A DNA stretch of 53,207 nucleotides, taken from assembly GCA_028688935.1 (NCBI GenBank), contig JAQTXE010000001.1, positions 1 through 53,207 of the forward strand. The letters are read 5' to 3'. A program made the translations under genes and the position numbers. The stretch is from Syntrophales bacterium (GTDB lineage Bacteria; Desulfobacterota; Desulfobaccia; Desulfobaccales; 0-14-0-80-60-11). The notes below the pieces were generated by a model. It made no database searches. It saw only the letters and a program-made list of their open reading frames with translations, and had not been told where the DNA came from. The first letter of the stretch is position 1, and each line of letters begins with the position of its first letter. Of the stretch, positions 44,008 through 52,637 are shown in pieces.

Positions 44008-44480
44008 GCATTAGAAAAATCATCGATTGGGCCATCCTCCAGGCGGAAGGGGAGAAGGTGGGGATGATCGCCAGCCCCTTTTACCAGTTCTATGCGGATG
44101 GTGAGTCCTGGATGTGGGCCTGCGACGTGGACATCGGCGAGCCGGAGGTTTTGCGCAACGTCCCGGTGGCCTGCAACAACCGGGAAATCATCTATGCCGA
44201 GCAGGGTAAGGCCGTGGCCCTCAGGCGCATGAACCACGGCCGCTGGTGTATCGCCGGGTTAGCCAAGACCAGCCGGGGCCTGGGGCACGTGATTTATCTC
44301 AGCTACACCGAAGACATGGTCCGAGTGGTGGGCGAAGACTGGACCGGCAAGATCGTCCGGCCTTTCACCTACGGGGAACTGGGGAGCCTGGGGCCCGGGA
44401 CCGGTTACGGCGCCCTGCCTTATGGGGTCCAGGGCCGGTTCACCCCGGGCGGGGCCTTATTAGAGATCCTGGAGAACTGA
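44004..44480 (+). CDS. Tail-module protein, hypothetical
   Basis: 158 aa. The GTG start overlaps the upstream stop (GTGA). Confidence 0.45.
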   Translation: MSIRKIIDWAILQAEGEKVGMIASPFYQFYADGESWMWACDVDIGEPEVLRNVPVACNNREIIYAEQGKAVALRRMNHGRWCIAGLAKTSRGLGHVIYLSYTEDMVRVVGEDWTGKIVRPFTYGELGSLGPGTGYGALPYGVQGRFTPGGALLEILEN

Positions 44481-44482
44481 AG

Positions 44483-46312
44483 ATGGCCAATCAGGTCAGC
44501 CTTTTTCTGGAATGGGTCTTTGGCATGACGGATTATATCGAACGTCATAAGGCCAATTACGCCCTCATCGAGACCACCCTAAACCAGATTTTGGGCCAGC
44601 TCACCGGGCAATCAGGGAGCCTGGCCGTGCCCTACGGCCTCCAGGAAATCTTTGACCGCCGGGGGCTGATTGGCCGGGACGCCTATGATTTTGCCGAAGG
44701 GCAGCTCACCGGGCCGGACTACAACTTTTCAGTGGGAGCGGGGGCCTTTTGGAGTGATGGCACCTTTTACCGCAAAACCGCGGCCTCCACCCTTTCCATG
44801 GCGGGCAAAGACACCGGCACCTACTATCTCAACCTCGATTCCGCCGGCAATCCCCTGGTCTCTTCCGCGGCGGATGCCACCACCACCCGGCAACTCCATT
44901 GGGATGCCGCCACCCATGCCATTTCCGCCAAGGCCCTTTATGCCGGGGTGAATATCCTCTTTAACGGCGATGATTATGCCGACCTGCTCACCTCTGCGGC
45001 CAAGGGGAAAAACTACACCCGGGTGGCCGACCGCCTGGAGGAACTGGAGCAGGGTCAGGATATCTTCGGCGGCTACTATGCCCAGGACCTCCCCCATAGC
45101 GGCCTGAACTTTAAGTTCAAGGTGGGCCAGGTAAGGAATGACTCCGTTATCACTGATACCCCGGCAGGGCAGGTGGCCCTGGCGGCTTCCCAAACCAATT
45201 ATGTGGAAGTCGACCCGGCCACCGGCTCGGTAAGCGCCAACCAGTCGGGCTTTACTTCCGGGCGCATTCCCCTGTACCAGGTCACCACCGATGGGGCCGG
45301 GATTACCGGGGTTACTGATAAGCGCACCCCGGCCATCGCCGGGATTGGGGGTGGAGGCGGCGGCCATACACAGGGTACCGATACCGGGACCACGGCCCCC
45401 ACCTTTACCATTGACTCCGATGCCGCAGGCAACCCCACCGGCCTGGCCGGGCTGGAAGTGGAGAATGGGGACAACCCCAATGCCGCCCTCAAGTTCAACC
45501 GGGATACCGGCAAATGGGAGTACACCGAAGACGGCGGGGTCTCCTGGAGGGAACTGGGGGACGTTAATCTCGATCTGGGAGCCCAGGAACTAACCAAATA
45601 TGTCCCTTTTGAAGACCCGCCTTTGGTCCTGGAAAGCCTGGGGCGAGGGCCATCCGTCGATTACGAAGACCTGGATTTATCCCCCTGGATCACCGCCCCC
45701 CTGGGCGTCGCCGCGGCGATCTTGCGGGTCCAGTATTGGGATACCGGGGCGGGAGATGGGGTCCTTTTCAAGAAAAAGGGCAGCCCGGCCTCTCCGGCCC
45801 TGGCCTTTACCGTGGCCGAGGGCCAATATAGGTTCCTCAATATCGTCCTGCCTCTGGATGAAAACCATGCATGCCAGTATTTCCTCAACGCGTCTGGCGC
45901 AGATACCGCCTATATCCGGGTCTTTCTCATCGGTTTCCTGGAAAAGGTCACCGGCGCCGGGACCCAGGAGAAGACCTTCTCCCAGGCCGGTATCCTCTGC
46001 CCGGCCAATAGCCAGGCGGACCTGATGTTTGACAACTTCGTGAACCGGGGCCTGGTGCACTACTTCAAGATCGAGGAGACCTCGGGGCTCCCGGCCAACG
46101 TCTTTGATGTGCACCTGTACGCCGATGCCGCCTTTTCTACCCTGCTCTACAAGGTGGAAAGCGTGATCCCCGGTGAACCCTTCGAGGATTGGCTCCCTTT
46201 CTGGGTTCATGACGCCGGGGCTGAGGGAAAGCTGCGGGTGCGCCTGGTAAACCATGACGCGTCCCAGGCCGGGACTTTTGCGATCACTGTCACCGCTGAG
46301 CAGTTTGCTTAG
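44483..46312 (+). CDS. Tail fibre / receptor-binding protein, putative
   Basis: ATG 44483 lies 2 nt after the upstream stop; the track start 44246 overlaps the previous gene. 609 aa with a Gly run (GIGGGGGGHTQGTDTGT) and beta-rich repeats. Sits at the fibre position. Confidence 0.5.
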   Translation: MANQVSLFLEWVFGMTDYIERHKANYALIETTLNQILGQLTGQSGSLAVPYGLQEIFDRRGLIGRDAYDFAEGQLTGPDYNFSVGAGAFWSDGTFYRKTAASTLSMAGKDTGTYYLNLDSAGNPLVSSAADATTTRQLHWDAATHAISAKALYAGVNILFNGDDYADLLTSAAKGKNYTRVADRLEELEQGQDIFGGYYAQDLPHSGLNFKFKVGQVRNDSVITDTPAGQVALAASQTNYVEVDPATGSVSANQSGFTSGRIPLYQVTTDGAGITGVTDKRTPAIAGIGGGGGGHTQGTDTGTTAPTFTIDSDAAGNPTGLAGLEVENGDNPNAALKFNRDTGKWEYTEDGGVSWRELGDVNLDLGAQELTKYVPFEDPPLVLESLGRGPSVDYEDLDLSPWITAPLGVAAAILRVQYWDTGAGDGVLFKKKGSPASPALAFTVAEGQYRFLNIVLPLDENHACQYFLNASGADTAYIRVFLIGFLEKVTGAGTQEKTFSQAGILCPANSQADLMFDNFVNRGLVHYFKIEETSGLPANVFDVHLYADAAFSTLLYKVESVIPGEPFEDWLPFWVHDAGAEGKLRVRLVNHDASQAGTFAITVTAEQFA

Positions 46313-46323
46313 GAGAAAGATAG

Positions 46324-47304
46324 ATGTCCATCGTCGATCTGATCAGCATGGAATGGGGCAACATGGCGGAGATAACCGCCCACTCTGCCACGGCCAGCAC
46401 CACCAAAGCACGGTCGGGTAACTATGCTTTGAGAATTGTCTACATGGGGTGGGCCCAAAAGACCATTCCCGCCAGGTCTGAGGTATATCTACAGTTCGGT
46501 TATCATGCGGATGCCTCCCACACGGCCGTGTTTTTTAGCCTGCGAAAAGGCAGCACCTCCTTGATTTCCATCCAAAGAAATGCTTCCGGATACCTGGAAC
46601 TCAGGTCGGGTTGGGGCGGGACCCTGCTGGGAACCGGCGTGACTCCGACAACCCATGGGCAGTGGTACCTGATCGAGTTGCATTTCAGGCTTGCTGACGT
46701 TGATGGAGTTGCCGAATTAAGGCTGGACGGAAATACGGAGTGTATCTTTGCCGGAGACACCAAGCCGGATGCCAACACGGAGTTTGACAACCTCTATTTT
46801 AACCAGATCGGGGCGTCAGGAGCTGTCTATTATGATGACGTGGTGGTGAACGATACCAATGGCCTGGTCAACAATAGCTGGCCGGGAGGACTGAAACTCG
46901 TTTTGTTGAAGCCCGCTGCCGAAGGCCCGATCCAGGAATGGACCCCGACGCCTGGCCCCGAGCATTATACCGCGGTGGACGAGGTCCCTCCTTCCGGGAC
47001 GGACTATGTCAGGGCCAATGCGAACGACCTAACCGAACTTTTCGGGCTGGAGGACCTGCCTGCCGAGGCCCAATCCGTGAAGGCCGTGGCCCTAGATTTT
47101 CATGGTTTGAAGGGGAGCACCATCGCTCCCACCAGAATCGCCCAGATAACTCGGGTTGACGGGGTGGACTATGTGCAGGCGGACCAGGATCTGCCCCTGG
47201 CGGAGGGAATCGTCAGAAAGATATTGGACCAGAACCCGGCTGGCGGCAATTGGACGGTGGCCGCAGTTAACGCCCTGATCTCCGGGATCAAGACGAGGCC
47301 CTAA
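46324..47304 (+). CDS. ConA/LamG-like beta-sandwich tail protein, putative
   Basis: 326 aa with an AGGAGA RBS. HGQWYLIELHFRLADVDGVAELRLDG...AVYYDDVVVND resembles the lectin/glucanase-like jelly-roll pattern. Confidence 0.35.
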   Translation: MSIVDLISMEWGNMAEITAHSATASTTKARSGNYALRIVYMGWAQKTIPARSEVYLQFGYHADASHTAVFFSLRKGSTSLISIQRNASGYLELRSGWGGTLLGTGVTPTTHGQWYLIELHFRLADVDGVAELRLDGNTECIFAGDTKPDANTEFDNLYFNQIGASGAVYYDDVVVNDTNGLVNNSWPGGLKLVLLKPAAEGPIQEWTPTPGPEHYTAVDEVPPSGTDYVRANANDLTELFGLEDLPAEAQSVKAVALDFHGLKGSTIAPTRIAQITRVDGVDYVQADQDLPLAEGIVRKILDQNPAGGNWTVAAVNALISGIKTRP

Positions 47305-47308
47305 AATT

Positions 47309-48292
47309 ATGGCAAACGACTTCTCCCAGGACCCAAGATGCAAGGCCCTGTGGCGCTTTGAATCGGGGGCGCTGACTGTGGATTCCCAGGGGACCAACAC
47401 GCTCTCGCAAGACGGCTCTCCCGCCATAGACACCGTTGATTATAAGGAAGGGTCTGCTTGCGTTGACCTGGAGAAGGACAGTTCCCAGGGTTTTTATATT
47501 CCGGACGTCGGTCTGGATGCCGGTTTCCCCCTGAAAAACGGGGACGGCACCAAGAAAATCTCGGTCTGCTGCTGGTTCAAGCCGGAATCGATCCCGGGTT
47601 ACAACGTTTACCATACCGTCTGGGCCAAGCAATATTGGGCCGGGTCCAAAGTTTCGGTCCTGTTCCAGCTGACCAACAACAGAATGCGTTTCATGTGGGG
47701 TTATGGCTCAGGCACCCAAAACAATTATTACGATTTCTATACCCCGGTTGCCGGTCACTGGTATTTCGTGGCCATTGTTATCGACGGCCTCGCCAGGACC
47801 CTGCGGATAGAGGTCTGGGACGACACGGCCGGCACTCATAACAGCTTCAGCTATACGCCTGCCGGCGAACTGCGGGTCCATGATGCGGCCTGGACCATAG
47901 GCACCGAAGACAACGGCGCGTCCCGCACCAGTTACTTTGACGGCAAGATCGACGAAGTGGCGGTCTTTAACGACCTCCTGGGAATTATGGAGATTGAGGC
48001 CATTCATGCTGGCGTTTACTCCTTTCCCATATCCGAGGTCCGGGGGCATGCCTTAGGTGTCATTTCAGCCTATGGGCTGGCCACAGGTGTCCAGGCCCAG
48101 GCTTTAGGAGCCTTAGTAGTTTATTCCCTGGTGCCGGACGTAGGGTGGGTTGACGCATATGCATCAGGGGTTTTGGTCGCATATAAGGACCGGTTGCCGT
48201 CCCAGCGGGTCTTCCCGGTGCCGCACCCAAAGGTGCGGTGGCAGAGCCAAGCCGGGAAAAGGAGGTTCCCGGTAGTAGTCGGATCAAGTTAG
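47309..48292 (+). CDS. LamG (laminin-G_3 / concanavalin-A-like) domain protein
   Basis: 327 aa. VCCWFKPES...VWAKQYW...VLFQL...HWYFVAIVIDG...LRIEVWDD...SYFDGKIDEVAVFNDLL is the classic LamG_3 signature. Confidence 0.65.
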   Translation: MANDFSQDPRCKALWRFESGALTVDSQGTNTLSQDGSPAIDTVDYKEGSACVDLEKDSSQGFYIPDVGLDAGFPLKNGDGTKKISVCCWFKPESIPGYNVYHTVWAKQYWAGSKVSVLFQLTNNRMRFMWGYGSGTQNNYYDFYTPVAGHWYFVAIVIDGLARTLRIEVWDDTAGTHNSFSYTPAGELRVHDAAWTIGTEDNGASRTSYFDGKIDEVAVFNDLLGIMEIEAIHAGVYSFPISEVRGHALGVISAYGLATGVQAQALGALVVYSLVPDVGWVDAYASGVLVAYKDRLPSQRVFPVPHPKVRWQSQAGKRRFPVVVGSS

Positions 48293-48322
48293 GGAGCGAA
48301 ATAAAAGGGGAGGAGGGAGCGT

Positions 48323-48709
48323 ATGGTGCTACTGGAAAAGCTGATATCCGGCCCGTACTTCCAGGTAACCCTGGCCGCAGTGGTGGGGATCGGCGTGGTG
48401 GCCCTGGGTCTGGCCGTGGCGGTCTATAAATTCTTTTTGCCTCGCCTGGGCAAGGCCCTCCTGTCGCCTGCTCCCGCTGAAGCCGCAGGGGAAGCCCGGG
48501 CCATCTCCCCGATGCTCATTAATCCCGAATACTGCACGGCCTGCAAGGCGGAACACGAGAGGTCCATCCAGAACCAGGAAAATATCGGCAGGCTGTTTAA
48601 TAAGTTTGATGACCTGAAAGACAGGTTCGACGAGGGCTTTGGGAAGATTTCCCAGGAAATCGGCGATACCAAAACCGAAATCATCAAGGCCCTGGCGGCC
48701 AAAACTTAA
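48323..48709 (+). CDS. Single-pass membrane protein at the head of the lysis cassette (holin/antiholin candidate)
   Basis: 128 aa with a GGAGGAGGGAG RBS. One TM segment (VTLAAVVGIGVVALGLAVAVYKFF), then a charged helical C-terminus. Confidence 0.35.
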   Translation: MVLLEKLISGPYFQVTLAAVVGIGVVALGLAVAVYKFFLPRLGKALLSPAPAEAAGEARAISPMLINPEYCTACKAEHERSIQNQENIGRLFNKFDDLKDRFDEGFGKISQEIGDTKTEIIKALAAKT

Positions 48710-48719
48710 GGAGGGCGCT

Positions 48720-49994
48720 ATGCCTGACAAAAATTACCGGGTGACTGCCAAAGGGGGCCTCAACATCCGCTTGGGGCCCGGGGTTAACCATAAGGACGTG
48801 GGCAACCTGGCCTATGGGGAATTGGTCAGGTCTCCGGAGATGGAGGGACCTGTTCCGGACGGCTGGCTGCCCATCCTCCTTTATGTCTCCCGGGAGCATT
48901 TGGAGGGAGTGGGGGAAGAGCCCGAAGAAGTCCGGGAGGAATCATCTCCCCAGGTTCCTCCCCCCACCCCCGGGAAAATGCGGACCTCACGCCGGGGCCT
49001 GGAGTTTATCAAAAACGAAGAAGGCTGCGTCTTGCACGTTTATAGAGACCCGGCAGGCTACCCCACCATCGGGGTGGGCCACCTGATTAAACCGGGAGAA
49101 GCCTTCGACACGATCACCGAGGAAGAAGCCTTGCAACTCCTGGCCCGGGACCTGGCGGTCGCTGAAAACGCAGTCAACCAGATGGTGCGGGTTCCCCTTA
49201 CCCAAAACCAGTTTGAGGCCCTGGTGTCCTTTGTTTTCAACGTAGGCAGTGGCAATTTTCAAAAGAGCACTCTCTTGAAATTGCTGAACCAGGGCCGATA
49301 TGACGCGGTCCCCGGCGAACTGGCCAAATGGCGCAAAGCTGGGGGCCAGGTTCTGCCGGGCCTGGTAGCACGGCGCCGGCGCGAGGCGGAATTGTGGGGC
49401 GAGGGCCAGGGAACATCTCAAGCGCCGCCGGCAGAAGGGATGGTGGGGCAGACCCGGGCGGGAAAATGGAAGGGGATTGTGGGCCTGGCCTTTACTCCCG
49501 AATCCTTCCGGGAATATGTCCAGGGCCTCACCTGGGATGACTGGGTCCCGGAGTTCATCGTGCTCCATAACACCGAAGACCCGAATTTGGCAATGCGGCC
49601 TAACGGCTTCGCTCTTCAGCACATTCTCGACCTCCAGGCTTACTACCGGGACGACTGCGGCTGGTCTGCCGGGCCCCACCTGTTTGTGGATGATAAGCAA
49701 ATCTGGATTTTTACGCCCCTGACTATCCCCGGGGTCCATGCCAATTCCTGGAACTCCCGCACCTTGGGGGTGGAAATGTTGGGGGACTATAGGATGGAGC
49801 CTTTTGACGAGGGCCGGGGCTCCAAAGTCAAGGCAAATGCGGTGGCCGCGGTGGCCATCCTGAGCGAAGCCCTGGGCCTGGACCCGGAAACCGTCATGTT
49901 GCACCGGGAAAACGGGGAAACAGAGCATTATTGCCCGGGGGATCACGTGGACAAGCAAGAATTTATCCGGCTGGTTCAGGAGTACGGGGTATGA
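48720..49994 (+). CDS. Three-domain endolysin: SH3-like, GH24 (T4-type) lysozyme and amidase_2 (PGRP-type N-acetylmuramoyl-L-alanine amidase)
   Basis: ATG 48720 after AAGGAGGG. YRVTAKGGLNIRLGPG (SH3b-like). FIKNEEGCVLHVYRDPAGYPTIGVGH gives E-x8-D-x5-T. QNQFEALVSFVFNVGSGNF. Then FIVLHNTEDP...GVHANSWNSRTLGVEMLG...EHYCPGD (Zn-amidase). Confidence 0.8.
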   Translation: MPDKNYRVTAKGGLNIRLGPGVNHKDVGNLAYGELVRSPEMEGPVPDGWLPILLYVSREHLEGVGEEPEEVREESSPQVPPPTPGKMRTSRRGLEFIKNEEGCVLHVYRDPAGYPTIGVGHLIKPGEAFDTITEEEALQLLARDLAVAENAVNQMVRVPLTQNQFEALVSFVFNVGSGNFQKSTLLKLLNQGRYDAVPGELAKWRKAGGQVLPGLVARRRREAELWGEGQGTSQAPPAEGMVGQTRAGKWKGIVGLAFTPESFREYVQGLTWDDWVPEFIVLHNTEDPNLAMRPNGFALQHILDLQAYYRDDCGWSAGPHLFVDDKQIWIFTPLTIPGVHANSWNSRTLGVEMLGDYRMEPFDEGRGSKVKANAVAAVAILSEALGLDPETVMLHRENGETEHYCPGDHVDKQEFIRLVQEYGV

Positions 49995-50287
49995 ACTGGC
50001 GCCAGAAGTTGATTTCGGCCGACAATTCGGAAGTCGATATCAAGGCGGTGATTTCTGCCCTGGCGCTGTTCATCGCCGTGGCCATTTACACCGCCTACGC
50101 CATCAAAGGCCTGGTTGTCAAATGGGACATGCCCGCTTCCATCCGGGACATCACCGCGGCCCTCATCATCGGTGGGGTCCTCGGGGCGGGAAGCACCTTG
50201 CTCAATCAACGCTTAGGGGTGCGTCCAGCACCCGTCTGCAAGCAGGAGGAAAATGAGACTCCACCGGCAGAGGGGCCGGTGGGGTAA
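49991..50287 (+). CDS. Two-TM holin-like membrane protein
   Basis: ATG 49991 overlaps the endolysin stop (ATGA). 98 aa. TM1 VISALALFIAVAIYTAYAI, TM2 ITAALIIGGVLGAGSTLL. Confidence 0.45.
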   Translation: MNWRQKLISADNSEVDIKAVISALALFIAVAIYTAYAIKGLVVKWDMPASIRDITAALIIGGVLGAGSTLLNQRLGVRPAPVCKQEENETPPAEGPVG

Positions 50288-50297
50288 GGAGCGATCT

Positions 50298-50588
50298 ATG
50301 GGAGCTATCGTCGCTTGGCTTTTTAAAACCGCCTTGGGCCGGATCATCGGTGGCGCCGTGGCCGCGTCCCTGCTTTCCGGCCTCTTGTATGCCGGCTGCC
50401 AGGTCCGAAGCTGCTTACGGGCCAAAGAAGAACTCCGGGGATACCACCGGGCCGATGAAATCAGAAAGGAGGATCCCAAAGTTGAAAAACGCACCGCAGA
50501 GCACAAACAGCAAGTGGAGGAATTTTCTACTCCTGACGATCTTAAGCGCGGCTTTCACGAGCTGCGGCACTACCGGGCCGACGACTAA
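50298..50588 (+). CDS. i-spanin (Rz-like)
   Basis: ATG 50298 after TAAGGAG. 96 aa. N-terminal TM (AIVAWLFKTALGRIIGGAVAASLLSGLLYAG) followed by a charged helical periplasmic part. An overlapping lipoprotein ORF lies in the +1 frame. Confidence 0.6.
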   Translation: MGAIVAWLFKTALGRIIGGAVAASLLSGLLYAGCQVRSCLRAKEELRGYHRADEIRKEDPKVEKRTAEHKQQVEEFSTPDDLKRGFHELRHYRADD

Positions 50589-50739
50589 GATCGAGAAACC
50601 ACCGCGTCCCCGGATTTCCCAGTCTTATGAAAACCTGCTGCTGCAGGCACCCCCGGCCCTCCAGAAAGAGGCCCAGAAACACGAATGGGATTGGCACGGG
50701 TATGCGGACAAGATGGAGATGCGGGCTGGGTATAGATAG
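50482..50739 (+). CDS. o-spanin (Rz1-like lipoprotein), overlapping the 3' end of the i-spanin gene
   Basis: TTG 50482 lies 9 nt after AGGAGG (50467-50472); the alternative ATG is at 50455. Signal/lipobox-like FLLLTILSAAFTSC, then a Pro-rich mature part (GTTGPTTKIEKPPRPR...). The -3 Phe in the lipobox is atypical. Confidence 0.5.
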   Translation: MKNAPQSTNSKWRNFLLLTILSAAFTSCGTTGPTTKIEKPPRPRISQSYENLLLQAPPALQKEAQKHEWDWHGYADKMEMRAGYR

Positions 50740-50959
50740 CATACGAATAGCGAAACAATCTTTAGGGCCTTGAGGTGAGTCGATAGGGAGCAGTTATTTG
50801 GCCTATCGGCCATGAGTAACTCAGTCGGCAGCCTTTGCAAACCCTTGCCCTTGCCATGTAGCTTTATTTTCATTGGAAATTTAAATTTTAAGGTGATATT
50901 TTAGGAATTGGATATTTTTCAAATTAGATTTTCTCAATATTTCTTGTGAGATGTGATCA

Positions 50960-52156
50960 ATGACTAATCAATTTTCAGCCAAGGCCCAAGCTCTTGGTTA
51001 TTTGCATCAAGTGCGTTTTTCACTTTTTCTCATTTTAGAACGTGAGGAATCAAAAATATCCATTGAAAGCCTGGACGATCTCGTTTTCGAAAATAGTGGT
51101 ACTTCTCTAGAATTACTGCAATTGAAGCATCATGCAACTCAAGCCACTCTAACGGACTCAAGCCCGGATCTCTGGAAGACCCTGCGGGTTTGGTGTACCC
51201 ACGCAATAAATGGCAATGTGACTCTACCCGGTACAATTCTTAGCTTAATAACGACGAACTTAGCCCCAGATGGTTCGGTAGCAAGTTATCTTAGACCAGG
51301 CCCGTCTCGTAATCCTCAACATGCATATCAAAGGTTGCTTGAGGTTGCAGAGAAATTACGTAATGTTCAGTTATCTTCTTCTATTAAGGCATTTTTTGAT
51401 TTGCCAGCCGCCACAAGAGAATTGATAGTTCATGCGATTTACGTCCTCGATAATTCTCCCGATATTTTGCGTTCGAGGGAACTCATTAATAAGTCCCTTA
51501 GATCGGCAGTAAGACGTGAGCATAGGGAAAACCTCTTAGAACGCCTTGAAGGATGGTGGTTTGATAAGGTTGTTACTAACATTCGCGGCTTGGTTTCTTC
51601 AATTACTGGCTTTGAGGTTTATGACAAGATTCGAGAAATTGCGGAGCAGTTTAATCCTGATGCATTGCCAATTGATTATTTCCAAGCTGTTCCTCCTGAA
51701 GGTGTTGATCCGGAAAGGGATAGAAGACTGTTTGTAGAACAGCTACGTGCAATCTCGGTCGGAAACAGACGAATAGAGAAGGCTATACTTGATTATTATC
51801 GTGCTTTTGAACAACGATCACGCTGGGTACGAGAGGAGTTGCTTGTTGGTGACGAAATTGCTGATTATGAATATAGATTAATTGACGAGCTGGAGCGTAT
51901 CAGATTGGATTTTGAAGATGAGCATAATATTAATATTTTACCAGAGGAAAAGTTACAAGAAATTGGACGCAATCTACTCCGTTGGATTGAACAGGTAGCT
52001 GATCTTCGCATCCGTCCAAATGTAAGCGAGCCCTATATTATGAGAGGCAGTTATCACATACTTGCTGATAATCATATACCGCGTGTTTGGTGGCATCCAA
52101 AGTTCATGGAGCGATTGGCTCTCCTTATTTCAAAGGCAAGGGGAATCGATGCTTAA
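50960..52156 (+). CDS. Cap4/DUF4297-like nuclease-domain effector of an ABC-three-component-type system
   Basis: 398 aa. The N-terminal ALGYLHQVRFSLFLILE...ISIESLDDLVFE...ELLQLKHH gives the G-Y-x-Q, E-x-x-D-D and Q-x-K pattern of the DUF4297 restriction-endonuclease-like domain. Long helical C-terminal domain. Confidence 0.6.
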   Translation: MTNQFSAKAQALGYLHQVRFSLFLILEREESKISIESLDDLVFENSGTSLELLQLKHHATQATLTDSSPDLWKTLRVWCTHAINGNVTLPGTILSLITTNLAPDGSVASYLRPGPSRNPQHAYQRLLEVAEKLRNVQLSSSIKAFFDLPAATRELIVHAIYVLDNSPDILRSRELINKSLRSAVRREHRENLLERLEGWWFDKVVTNIRGLVSSITGFEVYDKIREIAEQFNPDALPIDYFQAVPPEGVDPERDRRLFVEQLRAISVGNRRIEKAILDYYRAFEQRSRWVREELLVGDEIADYEYRLIDELERIRLDFEDEHNINILPEEKLQEIGRNLLRWIEQVADLRIRPNVSEPYIMRGSYHILADNHIPRVWWHPKFMERLALLISKARGIDA

Positions 52157-52637
52157 GTGGGACCTGAGACCGAAAGAAGTCGCAAATCTTCTGAACCCAG
52201 CTTTTTGCGCAATCCTTTTGCGAGAGTCAGTAGTTGGTTACCAAAAGGAAACTTCCCGAGGTATGCCATATCCTCTATCATTTTTGGTCCTGCCCATAAT
52301 TCTCCATGCCCCAAGTCGGAAAGCTTTACCCAAAACTATTGCTAAAAAACTTCATGCATGGATAGAGGAAAATCAATTGTCTAGAGTTAGGTTCGTTGAA
52401 CGAGTCAGGTCACTAGTCAATCATACCAAAGAGTCAATAATTTTCGCCTGCAATAGCAACATCTTAGACTTTTCTGATAGCGGAATGCTTATTCATATTG
52501 GCCGAACCCCCAAATTGCCCTGGGGACACAATTCAGAAAGTTATTTTTGCTACAGAAAGGCGCTCTTTTTAGGACGCTGGTTTGGGCATTCTGGAGATTT
52601 AGCTACTATTTTTGCTATTTGGGGAATAAAACCATGA
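52149..52637 (+). CDS. ABC-three-component middle component (small helical protein), tentative
   Basis: ATG 52149 overlaps the effector stop by 8 nt. 162 aa. ATGA overlap with the downstream ATPase gene. The call rests mainly on its position between effector and ATPase. Confidence 0.4.
   Translation: MLKWDLRPKEVANLLNPAFCAILLRESVVGYQKETSRGMPYPLSFLVLPIILHAPSRKALPKTIAKKLHAWIEENQLSRVRFVERVRSLVNHTKESIIFACNSNILDFSDSGMLIHIGRTPKLPWGHNSESYFCYRKALFLGRWFGHSGDLATIFAIWGIKP

Larger units (their letters stand above)
1..50739. mobile_element. Tailed-phage / prophage genome segment (early genes, HK97-type morphogenesis module, lysis cassette), interrupted by an accessory island
   Basis: Ordered portal-protease-capsid-connector-tail-chaperone(frameshift)-tape measure-fibre-lysis gene set at 28.4-50.7 kb. 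Almost all genes are on the + strand with TAATG/ATGA/TGATG stop-start overlaps. ParB/DnaN/nuclease early genes lie at 0.2-5.1 kb. Confidence 0.9.

Noticed and set aside
44483-48292. A diversity-generating retroelement or template/variable repeat pair at the fibre / LamG genes.
   Set aside because: There is no reverse transcriptase gene in the window, and I could not see a near-identical ~100-bp repeat pair by eye. A self dot-plot would be needed to exclude it fully.
50780-50811. Hairpin cgatagg...cctatcg after the spanin genes, as a possible terminator.
   Set aside because: The stem is only 7 bp with a 14-nt loop and no following T-run, which is too weak to call.
50811-50860. tRNA-like fragment (gagtaactcagtcggcagcc resembles a tRNA D-arm, followed by tttgcaaa), a possible att-site remnant at the phage end.
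   Set aside because: I could not fold a cloverleaf. There is no acceptor stem, the anticodon-stem complementarity is only a weak 5 bp, and there is no T-arm GTTCRA motif. It is probably chance similarity. tRNAscan-SE or ARAGORN would settle it.
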